Shown here one piece after another: positions 1 through 11,835 of a stretch of 24,000 nucleotides of DNA (the stretch's first letter is position 1; each line of letters begins with the position of its first letter). The notes below the pieces were generated by a model. The model did not search any database, was not told the origin of the DNA, and saw nothing but the letters and a program-made list of their open reading frames with translations. Position numbers and translations under genes: made by a program. The stretch is taken from assembly GCA_943354915.1 (NCBI GenBank), contig CALRDO010000005.1:3896-27895 (forward strand), read 5' to 3'. Source of the DNA: Patescibacteria group bacterium UBA4664. GTDB taxonomy: Bacteria; Patescibacteriota; Saccharimonadia; CAILAD01; BJGX01.

Positions 1-1016
1 CGCACTCCTTCCTTGCCAGATTCATCTCGCAAATCAGAAATACCAACTATCTTCTTGCTCTGCACAAGTTCAGCAATTTTTTCAACCAGGCTAGCCTTAT
101 TAGTCTGGTAAGGCACTTCGGTCACAATAATACGCTCACGGCCTTTTTGGTCTTCGGTAATTTCGGCTACGGCTCGCATTACAATAGAGCCCCGGCCGGT
201 ACCATAAGCATGGGCAATAGAACCGTCATCAAATATCACGCCCCCGGTTGGGAAGTCTGGTCCTTTGATGATCTTAATGAGGTCGGCTACGCCGGCTTCT
301 GGGTTGTCAATAAGGTACAACACAGCATCGACAACCTCAGTAAGGTTGTGAGTGGGGATATTAGTGGCCATACCGACTGCTATTCCTTGTACACCATTTA
401 AAAGTAGGTTCGGTACTTTAGCTGGCAAAACCTTTGGTTCGGATTGAGAACCATCATAGTTGGGCATAAAATCGACGGTATCTTTTTCGATATCAAGTAG
501 CATTTCTTCGGCATACTTTGTCATGCGGGCTTCGGTGTATCGATGCGCCGCAGCTCCGTCGCCGTCCATGCTTCCGAAGTTACCCTGACCATCGACCATA
601 CGGTAGCGCATAACCCAATCTTGAGCCATTCTAACCATTGACTCATAAACCGCGACATCGCCGTGCGGGTGGTACTTACCCAAGACTTCACCAACGATTG
701 TGGCAGATTTGCGGAACTTAACATTATGCCTAAGCCCTAGATTATTCATAGCAAAAAGTATTCGTCTATGGACTGGCTTGAGACCATCTCGGACATCAGG
801 TAGAGCTCTAGATACAATTACGCTCATGGCATAATCAAGGTAGCTTTTTTCCATTTCACCTTCGATAGTCTGCGGAGCAACCAGACCAAACTCGGTTTTG
901 ATGGCCTGTCCTTTACCGCTGGCGTTGGCACCACTAACGGGTGCGCTCAGTGAGTCCATTTGTTTCTCTGGTGGTGTGGTTGGTATTGCTTCTGGGTTGG
1001 GGATTTGTTTGTCCAT
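1..1016 (-). CDS. gyrA: DNA gyrase subunit A, N-terminal part (gene runs off the left edge)
   Basis: My minus-strand translation from ATG at 1016: [12 protein letters not shown]...[32 protein letters not shown]...[19 protein letters not shown]...RYTEARM, which are hallmark GyrA motifs. It lies 1 nt after the gyrB stop. It is absent from the ORF track because it is truncated. Confidence 0.97.
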   Translation of the reverse strand, partial: MDKQIPNPEAIPTTPPEKQMDSLSAPVSGANASGKGQAIKTEFGLVAPQTIEGEMEKSYLDYAMSVIVSRALPDVRDGLKPVHRRILFAMNNLGLRHNVKFRKSATIVGEVLGKYHPHGDVAVYESMVRMAQDWVMRYRMVDGQGNFGSMDGDGAAAHRYTEARMTKYAEEMLLDIEKDTVDFMPNYDGSQSEPKVLPAKVPNLLLNGVQGIAVGMATNIPTHNLTEVVDAVLYLIDNPEAGVADLIKIIKGPDFPTGGVIFDDGSIAHAYGTGRGSIVMRAVAEITEDQKGRERIIVTEVPYQTNKASLVEKIAELVQSKKIVGISDLRDESGKEGV

Positions 1017-1017
1017 C

Positions 1018-3114
<2,097 letters not shown>

Positions 3115-3231
3115 CTATTAATATCGGCCATTAATAAGCCCCTATAAGGCTTGTGTATGTATATATTATAAGGGATTAGCAACCTCTAATCAATCTATTT
3201 ATAGCTGTATGGGTACTCAAAACAGCTAAGC

Positions 3232-5667
3232 CTACAAGCCTAGAGCGTCTTTAATGGCCTGGCTGACTTCCTGTTTTGGCCTGGCGTAGTTAGCTCTACT
3301 TAACTCCACCATTTTTGCAAACTCCTCTGGCCTAGGTACCCCCAGTGGTGGCATGATTTCTTTTAATGAAAAGGGCGTAGATGGCACTCCGCCAATAATA
3401 ATCTTAGTAGCAGCATAATGGTTCTGGATATTAACTAAGTCAGATTCATCAAACGAAGGAGCAAATTGTTTTACAAGATATTCGGCATCATCTGGCCCTA
3501 CTCTAAAACTAATTATTGAACCAACATTCCCAAATACCGAATCCCTAACCTTTTCGTCTAGCTGAGAAATAAACTGGTTGGCCATAATTAGGCTTAAGCG
3601 GTATTTACGGGCTTCTGACAATATCGTAGCGATAGAGTCGGTTGAATAATTTTGGAACTCATCGATGTATAAACTAAAGTCTCGGCGCTGGTCCTCGGGG
3701 GTATCAGCTCTACTCATTGCGGCTATTTGGAATTTGATTATAAAAATAATCCCTAATAGTTGTGAATTAATATCCCCGAGCAGCCCCTTCGATAAATTAA
3801 CAAATAAAATTTTACCATCGTCCATAATATCACGTAGGTCAAAGGCTGATTTTTTTTGACCAACGATATTACGCATTACTTCATTATTGGCAAAAGCACC
3901 AAACTTCGATACGAACCAGCCGAGCATTTCTGACTTTGAATGCTGGTCGGTCTGAGCCATTTCGCCTGTCCAGAAATCCTGAATAATGGGGTCTTTAACA
4001 TGCTTGAATTTTTTCTTTAAATAATTATCATCCGTAAAAACTTTTGGGATTTCAATGAAAGTACCGCCTTCTGGATCGGCCATGACAGTTAAGGCCGCAT
4101 TCCTAAACCAGGCTTCAAACCTTGGTCCCATAAAACCTTGCCGGTTGGGGTCATAAATTTTATATAACATTGATATTGCTTCCTGTACTAAGAAATCTTT
4201 TTGTTCTGGATGGGCAGGGTCAAATTCCATAATATTCCAGCCCATCGGATTCTCAGTATCACCAGGATTAAAATAGATAACATCCTTGACTCTCTCTGGT
4301 GGAACCTTAGCCATCAGTTTCTCAGCCGTATCGCCGTGCGGATCGATAAAAGCCACGCCCTTGCCAGCATACATATCTTGAACAATACAATTCTCCAAAA
4401 AAACCGATTTACCCGTGCCGGTTTGGCCAATAATATATAAATGCCTTCGGCGATCATCATCGGAGAGTCTAATAATCTCTTCCTTGCCCTGATAGATGTT
4501 TGTCCCCAAAATTATACCCGTTTCGCTAATGGCCGCAGGTGCTGCTGCCTCCTTCATGCCAGTTCTTTCAACCTGGGCAGACATTTCGATTGTTTCACTT
4601 GGTAAATGGAATACCGTAGCTAGCTCAACTGTATTTAAAACAAGCCTATTTTTGTTGGCAGGAAAATACCTAAATATAAAATTAGTTGCCAATTCCTCGA
4701 CATTATCGGCCTTCTTAAATTCAAATGAGTTAGAGTTATTTAGTGTCATCTGGGCAAAACCCAGCTTAATACTGTCAACTATACCCTCTGCGGCTATGAG
4801 CTCATCGGAGCTTGCGACCACCCTCATAAGAGTCTCAAATACGGGATATTTTGACTTTTCTTCTAACAGTTCAATTTCTTTTTGCTCAAGCATATTGGGC
4901 TGTTTGTCACTCTTGGGTTGAGCCTCTTCTGATTTAGTACCCTTAAATGGTGCCTTAGCGACTTCCCCTGCTATGCCGATAATCTTCTCGCTCCCTTCTT
5001 TTTTATCAGGGTCCAAAATTCGCTTAGCAGCTGCCCTAGACGTCTTCAGCCACTTAGGGCTAGCCGGCCTAATTAGTATCTGGATAGCTGCGCCATCGGT
5101 ATCGTTTAAATTAGAGAGGCCCGATAGTATGCCCGACAAGGCATCTTGTTCGCTCATTTGATAATTTTGAATAGGGTAGTAGCTAGATTTTTTGAGTTCA
5201 AATTCTCCACCTGCCACGCCGCTTATTTTTGATTCTTTAGAAAAGAAATTAACTTCCTCTTTTTGTTCAATTTGAATGCCGGGATAACCCGAAGCAAGTG
5301 CTTTTTTAATCGGCTCCAATAAACTCACCGGCACAGCTACATAAAAAAATATCTGCTTGGCTTTTGCTACAATCTCAAAGCCCACATAACGCTGGCCATG
5401 GACCTTAGAATGTTTAGCCGCTATCCCAGATAATAACCTGTAAACTCCCTCGGCCTTAGCGATATTTGTTTGAATTTGTTCGTGGCCATCTCTGCCATCC
5501 TTAGTTGCTTCCCTAGGGGGAATTTTAATTAGTAGCGGAACTAATTTTAGGCTTCTCTCGACTGCCTTAGATTTACGGGAACTTTTTAGGATTAAAATAA
5601 CTGCCATCACAATAAAAACCATCAATGCTACTGCTATTAAAATAATGATTAACAAGAAATTATCCAT
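3232..5667 (-). CDS. Membrane-anchored VirB4/TraG/HerA-like ATPase (type IV secretion/DNA-transfer family protein)
   Basis: 811 aa; N-terminal TM segment (LLIIILIAVALMVFIVMAVILIL); Walker A YIIGQTGTGKS; FIDPHGD; Walker B-like LYIDEFQNY; SEARKYRLSLIMANQFISQL, typical of TraG/VirD4/HerA-type ATPases. Confidence 0.85.
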   Translation of the reverse strand: MDNFLLIIILIAVALMVFIVMAVILILKSSRKSKAVERSLKLVPLLIKIPPREATKDGRDGHEQIQTNIAKAEGVYRLLSGIAAKHSKVHGQRYVGFEIVAKAKQIFFYVAVPVSLLEPIKKALASGYPGIQIEQKEEVNFFSKESKISGVAGGEFELKKSSYYPIQNYQMSEQDALSGILSGLSNLNDTDGAAIQILIRPASPKWLKTSRAAAKRILDPDKKEGSEKIIGIAGEVAKAPFKGTKSEEAQPKSDKQPNMLEQKEIELLEEKSKYPVFETLMRVVASSDELIAAEGIVDSIKLGFAQMTLNNSNSFEFKKADNVEELATNFIFRYFPANKNRLVLNTVELATVFHLPSETIEMSAQVERTGMKEAAAPAAISETGIILGTNIYQGKEEIIRLSDDDRRRHLYIIGQTGTGKSVFLENCIVQDMYAGKGVAFIDPHGDTAEKLMAKVPPERVKDVIYFNPGDTENPMGWNIMEFDPAHPEQKDFLVQEAISMLYKIYDPNRQGFMGPRFEAWFRNAALTVMADPEGGTFIEIPKVFTDDNYLKKKFKHVKDPIIQDFWTGEMAQTDQHSKSEMLGWFVSKFGAFANNEVMRNIVGQKKSAFDLRDIMDDGKILFVNLSKGLLGDINSQLLGIIFIIKFQIAAMSRADTPEDQRRDFSLYIDEFQNYSTDSIATILSEARKYRLSLIMANQFISQLDEKVRDSVFGNVGSIISFRVGPDDAEYLVKQFAPSFDESDLVNIQNHYAATKIIIGGVPSTPFSLKEIMPPLGVPRPEEFAKMVELSRANYARPKQEVSQAIKDALGL

Positions 5668-5673
5668 TTGATA

Positions 5674-6075
5674 TTACTCGATATCCAAATTAAATCTTTT
5701 TTTCAAATATGCCCGACTTAAACTATGTTGAGCCTCGTCCTCAAAATATGGGTCATTATTGGTTTTTGCAACAATCTCATTGGCCTTAGTAACCCACTCC
5801 TTTTCGATTGAGCCCGAATCCTCGGCTGGTAGCTGGGCGAGTTGATTCTCAAAATTATTACTACCATCTTGTGGGGTTTGGGCTGGTCGCTCTAAATGCT
5901 GGGCACTACCGAGTGGTTCGGCTAACTGCGTGTTATGGGTCAGGCCTGGCGAGGGTGATACTGGGCTTATAATTTCAGATTTCGGCGGTATATTCTTGGT
6001 ATTTTTCTCAACATTAATCCCCTCCACACTATTAGTAGACTCAACAGAACCAGTCTTTTGCTCATCTGGCTTCAT
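5674..6075 (-). CDS. Small protein with a low-complexity N-terminus and a C-terminal motif EKEWVTKANEIVAKTNNDPYFEDEAQHSLSRAYLKKRF
   Basis: 133 aa ORF, same strand and 6 nt upstream of the ATPase ORF. The N-terminal two thirds are Pro/Ser/Asn-rich; the C-terminus looks folded. From memory, similar small ORFs sit next to this ATPase in other CPR genomes. Confidence 0.7.
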   Translation of the reverse strand: MKPDEQKTGSVESTNSVEGINVEKNTKNIPPKSEIISPVSPSPGLTHNTQLAEPLGSAQHLERPAQTPQDGSNNFENQLAQLPAEDSGSIEKEWVTKANEIVAKTNNDPYFEDEAQHSLSRAYLKKRFNLDIE

Positions 6076-6119
6076 AGCAATAATTATAGCAGTTATGCTT
6101 GCTAGCCACTAGAGCACAG

Positions 6120-7589
6120 CTAATAGTGGATCCAAACTGGCGTGCCGATATCAGCCCAGCCAAATAAGAAGGCGGCTGAACTCTTAGGCATATTGACGCA
6201 ACCATGACTCCCCCCGTAATAATAGTCTTGCCCGCCAAAACTACTCCGCCAGTCGGCGTCGTGCAAGCCGTAGCCTGCATAAAATGGCATCCAATAATCA
6301 ACATAGACATTGTAATCCCATCCATATGGCCGGCCGTTAAGATAGCGGCTGGTTTCTTTAGCATAAATACTAAATAAACCAGTTACCGTAGGGAAGCCTG
6401 CTCCAGTAGCTCCGCTAGTTATAGCCGTAGAAAAGATTGCTTGATTATCCTGGTAAGCCCAAAGTGTCTGGCTTGACAGGTTAATCTCTATATATCGACC
6501 ATAGTCCAGGCTAACAGATCGGTTCGTCTCGGTCTGAAAAGGAACCGGCTGTGACTGCAGATTAATTGAGACGCTATTGGTTTTAATGTTACTAATGATT
6601 TCATCAACGGCAGCATCTTGAATAATTACTGTGCCGTTTTGGCCTTCTTGCTCGACTGAACTTGCCCCGTTACGAATATTAACCTTCTTATTTCTAGGAG
6701 CAACATCTACTTGGTTGGCGACCGACTGCAGATAGCCCTTAACCTGCTCCCGCGAGAGATCAACCGCGAGGGTAACCTTGCCATCTGGGCTAACAGCATG
6801 GCTAAATACTAACCAATGCCCCATTGCGGTCTTGTCTGGTACAAACTGCCGACCTTCATAATTTAGCACAGCAGTGCGTGATAATATCTCCTCTGCCGAC
6901 TGCTTGGAGCTAGCTATATCGCTAGCTAAAAACGGCGCCTTAATTAAGACCGGTTCGAGCTTAAGGTTACGATCTTTGCCGTCTGCAATTGAACTGCTAA
7001 TGATAGAGGTTAATAAATTCTGATCGACCCTAAAGCCATCCGTATCGGGGACTACCTCTAGGCGTCCTTCAACTGCCTTCAATGTGGCATTAACAGGGTC
7101 GACCCCCACCACCGACACTACCTTAGTGGTAAATTTTTTAAGCTCATCTCGATTAATACTATAGGCATACCCTAGCTGTCCCCTTTTATCGGCATCAAAA
7201 AAACCTAGTAGCGCTATGGGGCTAGAATGCCCAACATCATAGGCAAGCTTGAGGGTCTCATCTAACTCATACCTGGCTCCCAGGTCGCTACCTGTAACAG
7301 AAAATTTATGGTCACCAACCTCTACGGTAAATTCTCTTTCCTTTTGCATACCAGCTAATATCTTCCGGGCTTCGTTTTGGGTCTTAAAGCTCAGGTCAGT
7401 GCCAGAAACCGATACGCCGGGGAAAATTACCCCAAGTGTAAAAACACTAACCAATAAATTCATCAGTACAAATGCAATTACAGTGCCTACCAGTATGAAC
7501 CAAATTCTAGATACCATAGAGGGTTTTTGACCACTTCTAGAGAGTATTGGCGGTAAGCTTAAAAAATGCGAGTGAGGTTTATTGCCCAT
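6120..7589 (-). CDS. L,D-transpeptidase (YkuD fold) with an N-terminal TM segment and PG_binding_4/VanW-like N-terminal region
   Basis: 489 aa; N-terminal TM (FILVGTVIAFVLMNLLVSVF); YIEINLSSQTLWAYQDNQAIFSTAITSGATGAGFPTVTGLFSIYAK; catalytic YYYGGSHGCVNMPKSSAAFLFGWADIGTPVWIH. Confidence 0.92.
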   Translation of the reverse strand: MGNKPHSHFLSLPPILSRSGQKPSMVSRIWFILVGTVIAFVLMNLLVSVFTLGVIFPGVSVSGTDLSFKTQNEARKILAGMQKEREFTVEVGDHKFSVTGSDLGARYELDETLKLAYDVGHSSPIALLGFFDADKRGQLGYAYSINRDELKKFTTKVVSVVGVDPVNATLKAVEGRLEVVPDTDGFRVDQNLLTSIISSSIADGKDRNLKLEPVLIKAPFLASDIASSKQSAEEILSRTAVLNYEGRQFVPDKTAMGHWLVFSHAVSPDGKVTLAVDLSREQVKGYLQSVANQVDVAPRNKKVNIRNGASSVEQEGQNGTVIIQDAAVDEIISNIKTNSVSINLQSQPVPFQTETNRSVSLDYGRYIEINLSSQTLWAYQDNQAIFSTAITSGATGAGFPTVTGLFSIYAKETSRYLNGRPYGWDYNVYVDYWMPFYAGYGLHDADWRSSFGGQDYYYGGSHGCVNMPKSSAAFLFGWADIGTPVWIHY

Positions 7590-7625
7590 GCTATCTATAT
7601 TATAAACAATTTTGCCCGTTATTGG

Positions 7626-10265
7626 CTATAATACTCGAGCTTTTATTTTTGAGCGGATAAGCTTAGTGGCTAGGCTTATTTTTTCATTTATTTGTGCTGA
7701 TGTTGGGTTGGGCCCCAAGTCGATACCAATTGTTATTGTTAAGCGCTTTTTTGAACTCTTTTTTAGTTCATCATTTTGGAATTCTACCTTATACTGCACC
7801 GAATAAAACTTATTTACCAAAAGCTTACTAATGCTCTGATAGATAGTTATATCAGCTAATTCTATTGTTAAGTCCCGATAGATTATTTGATAAGTTGGGC
7901 GGGGAAGAGCTATTGGTTCGGTCTTCGATTCTATAATTTTTTGGATTTCAATACTCATCATTGATACCTCGGTATCAATTTCGTATTGCCTTAAGGTAGC
8001 AGGGGAGAGTTGCCCGAATTCCCCTAGCCTCGGCAAAATTGATCCACTTCGATTTGGGATGTATAGCTTACTGACTATGCGAGCTACCACCAACTCCTGT
8101 CGCTGCCAGCCAAACAGGTTGTCTAGTACTCCCTTAATTCTAGCTAAACTATGCCCATGCCAAATGCTCACGGTCAGTACCCACTTCTCTTTTGGAGATG
8201 GCTGTGACTGCTCATAAACACGGCTGATTTCAAAAATGCCATCATGGCTACTAGTTTGGTTTGTACTAACTACCCTCAAGTGGCTACTAATAAGGTTGGT
8301 GCGTAAGAAGTCTTGCTCACTACTAAGCGGGTTTTCGATTTGAAGGTTTTTAGCACTATCGCCGCTAATATTGTCTACATCAAACTTCGACACAAATGAA
8401 TAGGTCATGACTTCAACGAGCCCTAATGCCGAGAGCTTTTCTCTAATCACCATTAGGGAGGGGAGTAGCTGATGGTCGGTGGTATTAGAGTTTTGGATTT
8501 CAGGCAAAGTCGCAGGCATCACTGCGTAGCCTAGAGACTTAGCAACTTCCTCAAATAAATCTGACTCTATTGAGATATCATTTCTCCACCATGGTACTTC
8601 AACAGATATGATGTGGTTAAAATTCTCTAAATATCTTCTTCCGCCAAGAAATAATTTTGATTTAGTATATTTAGTTACTGGCACAATGGAGGTCTTGCCA
8701 GTTAAATTCATTACTCTGTTTTTCCCAATAAAAATACCAGCGCCGGCTGGCACCAGCTTGGCTTTGGGCTCTCCAGAGGATAAAAATAGAACATCGCCAG
8801 GCTTTAAGCTAATATCGGGGACTTCCATACCTGACTTAATTTGATCTTTTAAACTAGCTCCTATCAATATCCCGGCGCTCGCAAATAGCTGGCTCAATAC
8901 TTCTGCACCAGCACTAGGTTCTAGCTTACTGCCTAAAGCCTTAACCGACTTGGTCAGTGAAAAATGTACCGGCTTAAAACCGCGCTTAGCAAATATCTGG
9001 ATAACTTCTTTCTCATCTAGCTTAAAGCCTAAGACCTTCTCGGCTTTTCTTATTCGCATACCTAATTTAAAAGAATTATATTCCAGCTCGACCTGGCGGG
9101 TAGGGGAGTCAATAACTTCAGCATTACAAATAGACTGCAGTAAACCAATAATTCTTCTGGTTGCAAAATCTGGGAGGGGAAGAGGGAGGCCTCGTTCGAA
9201 CCGTGATGATGCCTCAGTTCTAATGCCGTGGCGTAAAGCTGATTTTCTAATGGTAGTTTTATCAAAATTGGCGACCTCAATCCAAATTTCTGACGTGTCG
9301 CTACTGGTCGCGGTATTTTGACCACCAATAACACCTGCTAATCCGATGGGGCCAGAGTTATCCACAACCACTAAATCCTGGCTACTAAGATTGATAAGCT
9401 TGCCCTCTAGGGTCGTGAGTGCTTCACCAGGCCTCGCAAAGCGTACACCAAAATCTCCAGAAATCTTACTGGCATCATAGGCATGAGCAGGCTGCCCATA
9501 CTCAAGCATCACAAAGTTTGTAATGTCCACAACAGCATTAATTGTTCTTAAGCCTGCCGATTGTAAGTTATCCACAAGCCATGGAGGGCTAGGTGCGTCT
9601 GGGCTTACCCTTAGCTTAGTTAAATAAAAAGCATGGCACTGCCCGCTTTGCTTGACTTTTGCCACTTCTCTGTCCTGATATGTTATTTTAGCGATATCAG
9701 GTTCAATAAGACTATTATCAGATTGAGTAGCTGAAATTTCACGGGCTAGACCGATGTAAGAGAGGTAGTCCCAGCGGTTCGAGGGGGTCTTAATGTCTAT
9801 CACATCGCTAATTTTATCGATGTCGCACAATGGTTGCCCAAGCGGTAGGCTAGGGGGGAGCACTACTATGCCGCTATGGTCTTCGCCCCACCCCATTTCT
9901 AATTCCGAGCATAGCATCCCATGTGACCTCTCCCCTCTAATTTCTACTTCCTTTATTTCATCCCCACTAGGCAGGATTGTGCCTACCTGTGCTAGTGCAA
10001 CTATAATATTAGCTTCAATATTCGTGGCGCCGCAAACGACACTAACCACGCCTATGCCGGTGTCAACTTTAGCAATTTTGAGCTTATTGGCATTAGGGTG
10101 CAAAGTAACCTCGAGGACTCTGGCGACAATTATTTTTGCATCAAGTTTTTTCGCATACAGTATTTCTTCAACTTCTACTTCTGTCAATTCTAATGCCTCG
10201 GCCATAGCTTCGGTACTTAATCTTTTTTTAAGATATGAATTAGTTAATTTAGTACTAATTTTCAT
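7626..10265 (-). CDS. pheT: Phenylalanyl-tRNA synthetase beta subunit, with a ~115 aa insertion in the B5 region
   Basis: 879 aa; N-terminal OB tRNA-binding domain (VLEVTLHPNANKLKIAKVDTG), B3/4 (NAVVDITNFVMLEYGQPAHAYDASKI...GVIGG...TEASSRFERGL), B5 remainder, core, and C-terminal FDX-ACB-like domain (PRPTYQIIYRDLTIELAD). Confidence 0.96.
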   Translation of the reverse strand: MKISTKLTNSYLKKRLSTEAMAEALELTEVEVEEILYAKKLDAKIIVARVLEVTLHPNANKLKIAKVDTGIGVVSVVCGATNIEANIIVALAQVGTILPSGDEIKEVEIRGERSHGMLCSELEMGWGEDHSGIVVLPPSLPLGQPLCDIDKISDVIDIKTPSNRWDYLSYIGLAREISATQSDNSLIEPDIAKITYQDREVAKVKQSGQCHAFYLTKLRVSPDAPSPPWLVDNLQSAGLRTINAVVDITNFVMLEYGQPAHAYDASKISGDFGVRFARPGEALTTLEGKLINLSSQDLVVVDNSGPIGLAGVIGGQNTATSSDTSEIWIEVANFDKTTIRKSALRHGIRTEASSRFERGLPLPLPDFATRRIIGLLQSICNAEVIDSPTRQVELEYNSFKLGMRIRKAEKVLGFKLDEKEVIQIFAKRGFKPVHFSLTKSVKALGSKLEPSAGAEVLSQLFASAGILIGASLKDQIKSGMEVPDISLKPGDVLFLSSGEPKAKLVPAGAGIFIGKNRVMNLTGKTSIVPVTKYTKSKLFLGGRRYLENFNHIISVEVPWWRNDISIESDLFEEVAKSLGYAVMPATLPEIQNSNTTDHQLLPSLMVIREKLSALGLVEVMTYSFVSKFDVDNISGDSAKNLQIENPLSSEQDFLRTNLISSHLRVVSTNQTSSHDGIFEISRVYEQSQPSPKEKWVLTVSIWHGHSLARIKGVLDNLFGWQRQELVVARIVSKLYIPNRSGSILPRLGEFGQLSPATLRQYEIDTEVSMMSIEIQKIIESKTEPIALPRPTYQIIYRDLTIELADITIYQSISKLLVNKFYSVQYKVEFQNDELKKSSKKRLTITIGIDLGPNPTSAQINEKISLATKLIRSKIKARVL
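8607..8960 (-). other. Intragenic domain insertion in PheT resembling an inactive NlpC/P60 domain (approx. residues 436-553)
   Basis: SLTKSVKALGSKLEPSAGAEVLSQLFASAGILIGASLKDQIKSGMEVPDISLKPGDVLFLSSGEPKAKLVPAGAGIFIGKNRVMNLTGKTSIVPVTKY interrupts the B5 segment between KRGFKPVHF and VEVPWWRNDISIE. The LKPGDVLFLSSG...GAGIFIGKNRVM pattern matches the NlpC/P60 pattern LKPGDLVFF...HVGIYIGNG. Confidence 0.6.
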
Positions 10266-11261
10266 TTAAAATTGCTCCAAAAATTCTATTTTTGGTCTCC
10301 AAAGCTGACGAAGATCATCAATATTATACTTTATTACTGCGATCCTCTCCACTCCCCACCCAAAAGCAAACCCACTATATTGTTCTGTATCAATGCCTCC
10401 CTTTTTTAAAACATCTGGGTGCACCATACCGGCTCCGCCCAGCTCTAGCCACTTGCCATTATATTTAGCATCTAACTCTACGGATGGCTCAGTATATGGA
10501 AAATAGCTAGGCCTGAATCTTATTTCTGTTTCCTTGCCGAGCTGCCGTTTAACAATTTGCAATAGGGCTCCTTTAAGGTTTGCCATACTCACTCCTTTCC
10601 CAACCACCAAGCCCTCTACCTGGTTAAATGACCAGGAGTGTGTAGCGTCCTCGTTTTCACTTCTAAAGACTTTACCCGGGACAATAATCTTAAACGGTGG
10701 TTTATTTTCTAGCATAAACCTAACCTGCATTCCTGAAGTATGGGTTCTTGGTAAAAATTTTTGATTGCTATTTTTAATATAAAACGTGTCTTGCATCTCT
10801 CTTGCCGGGTGCGTTGCAGGCATATTCAAGGCTTCAAAATTAAACCAGTCCGACTCGATTTCTGGGCTATCAACAATAGCAAAGCCTAATTCTGTAAATA
10901 TCTGATAAGTTTCCTTTAGCACTAAGCTAACTGGGTGCAAGTGTCCAACCCTTGACTCGCTAGATAAACTTTTCCCGGGGCTACTAATATCGAATGGTTG
11001 ATATTGAGTTTGGTTCTCTAAGTCTTCGAGCCTGGTTTGCGCAGAAGCTAGCACAGCTTCTATCGACTCCTTTAGGCTATTTAGTTCCCGCCCCAGTTTA
11101 GCCCTTTGGGCCCCCTTGAGCTGAGCTAAATCGGCCATTGCACTAGCCAATAAGCTTTTCTTGCCGAGATATTTTGATCGTAAAAGAACAAGATCCTTCT
11201 TATTTTTTAGCTTAAGTGAGCTACTTTTAATCTCACCAATAATGCTGGCTGACTTGATCAT
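10266..11261 (-). CDS. pheS: Phenylalanyl-tRNA synthetase alpha subunit
   Basis: 331 aa; SRVGHLHPVSLVLKETYQIFTELGFAIVDSPEIESDWFNFEALNMPATHPAREMQDTFYI; FRPSYFPYTEPSVELDA; FAFGWGVERIAVIKYNIDDLRQL. Its stop codon directly abuts the pheT ATG. Confidence 0.97.
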   Translation of the reverse strand: MIKSASIIGEIKSSSLKLKNKKDLVLLRSKYLGKKSLLASAMADLAQLKGAQRAKLGRELNSLKESIEAVLASAQTRLEDLENQTQYQPFDISSPGKSLSSESRVGHLHPVSLVLKETYQIFTELGFAIVDSPEIESDWFNFEALNMPATHPAREMQDTFYIKNSNQKFLPRTHTSGMQVRFMLENKPPFKIIVPGKVFRSENEDATHSWSFNQVEGLVVGKGVSMANLKGALLQIVKRQLGKETEIRFRPSYFPYTEPSVELDAKYNGKWLELGGAGMVHPDVLKKGGIDTEQYSGFAFGWGVERIAVIKYNIDDLRQLWRPKIEFLEQF

Positions 11262-11266
11262 TAGAT

Positions 11267-11668
11267 TTAAATATTACCCTTTCTAGTAAGAAAAAACACT
11301 TCAACTAATACTACAATTAGTAAAAGGAGCATTATATCCCGCCAGCTTAGTGCGCGCAAACTAGATAGGGCTAGTAAGAGAGAGCTACTAAACCCTATTA
11401 GCAAACCTGTTCGCAGGCTACCTCTAAGTATAGCCATCAAATTATCTTTATTGCTAGATTTTCTAGAACGTATTTTATAGAAAATAATTGTTATGAGCGA
11501 CGAGAGCATCAGTAGTAAATTAATAAACCAAAATGTTACGCCTGCTGGGCCGAGCCTAGAGGGATTAGTGGTAAACAAGGAAAACACAAATAGCACGGCA
11601 GACAATAGAAAAATCAGCATGATAGCCACTAGATAAGCTTTACGATACTTCTTCATAAGATATAACAA
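11267..11668 (-). CDS. Small membrane protein of unknown function (about four predicted TM segments)
   Basis: 133 aa hydrophobic ORF in the same direction, 5 nt upstream of pheS; probably the first gene of the pheST operon. Confidence 0.65.
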   Translation of the reverse strand: MLYLMKKYRKAYLVAIMLIFLLSAVLFVFSLFTTNPSRLGPAGVTFWFINLLLMLSSLITIIFYKIRSRKSSNKDNLMAILRGSLRTGLLIGFSSSLLLALSSLRALSWRDIMLLLLIVVLVEVFFLTRKGNI

Positions 11669-11695
11669 TTATCGCACAGCTGGTTTTTATAGTAC

Positions 11696-11835
11696 AGGGT
11701 ACCGGGCAATACTAATAATAAATGAATAATAAAATAACTACATTGAATACATTAATTTTATAGACATACATAGGTACCCTACTGAACACTTTATTTATCA
11801 ATAAATAATGAGTACTAAATTATTATGTATTGCCC
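11696..11835 (-). promoter_or_regulatory. Interleaved inverted repeats upstream of the 133-aa ORF/pheS/pheT operon; candidate RNA pseudoknot or attenuator leader
   Basis: AGGGTACC (11696-11703) pairs with GGTACCCT (11773-11780), and the directly adjacent GGGCAATAC (11704-11712) pairs with GTATTGCCC (11827-11835). Confidence 0.4.

Noticed and set aside
6062-6364. 100-aa minus-strand ORF overlapping the L,D-transpeptidase C-terminus
   Set aside because: It is out of frame within a clearly coding YkuD region and partly overlaps the 133-aa ORF. Likely a shadow ORF.
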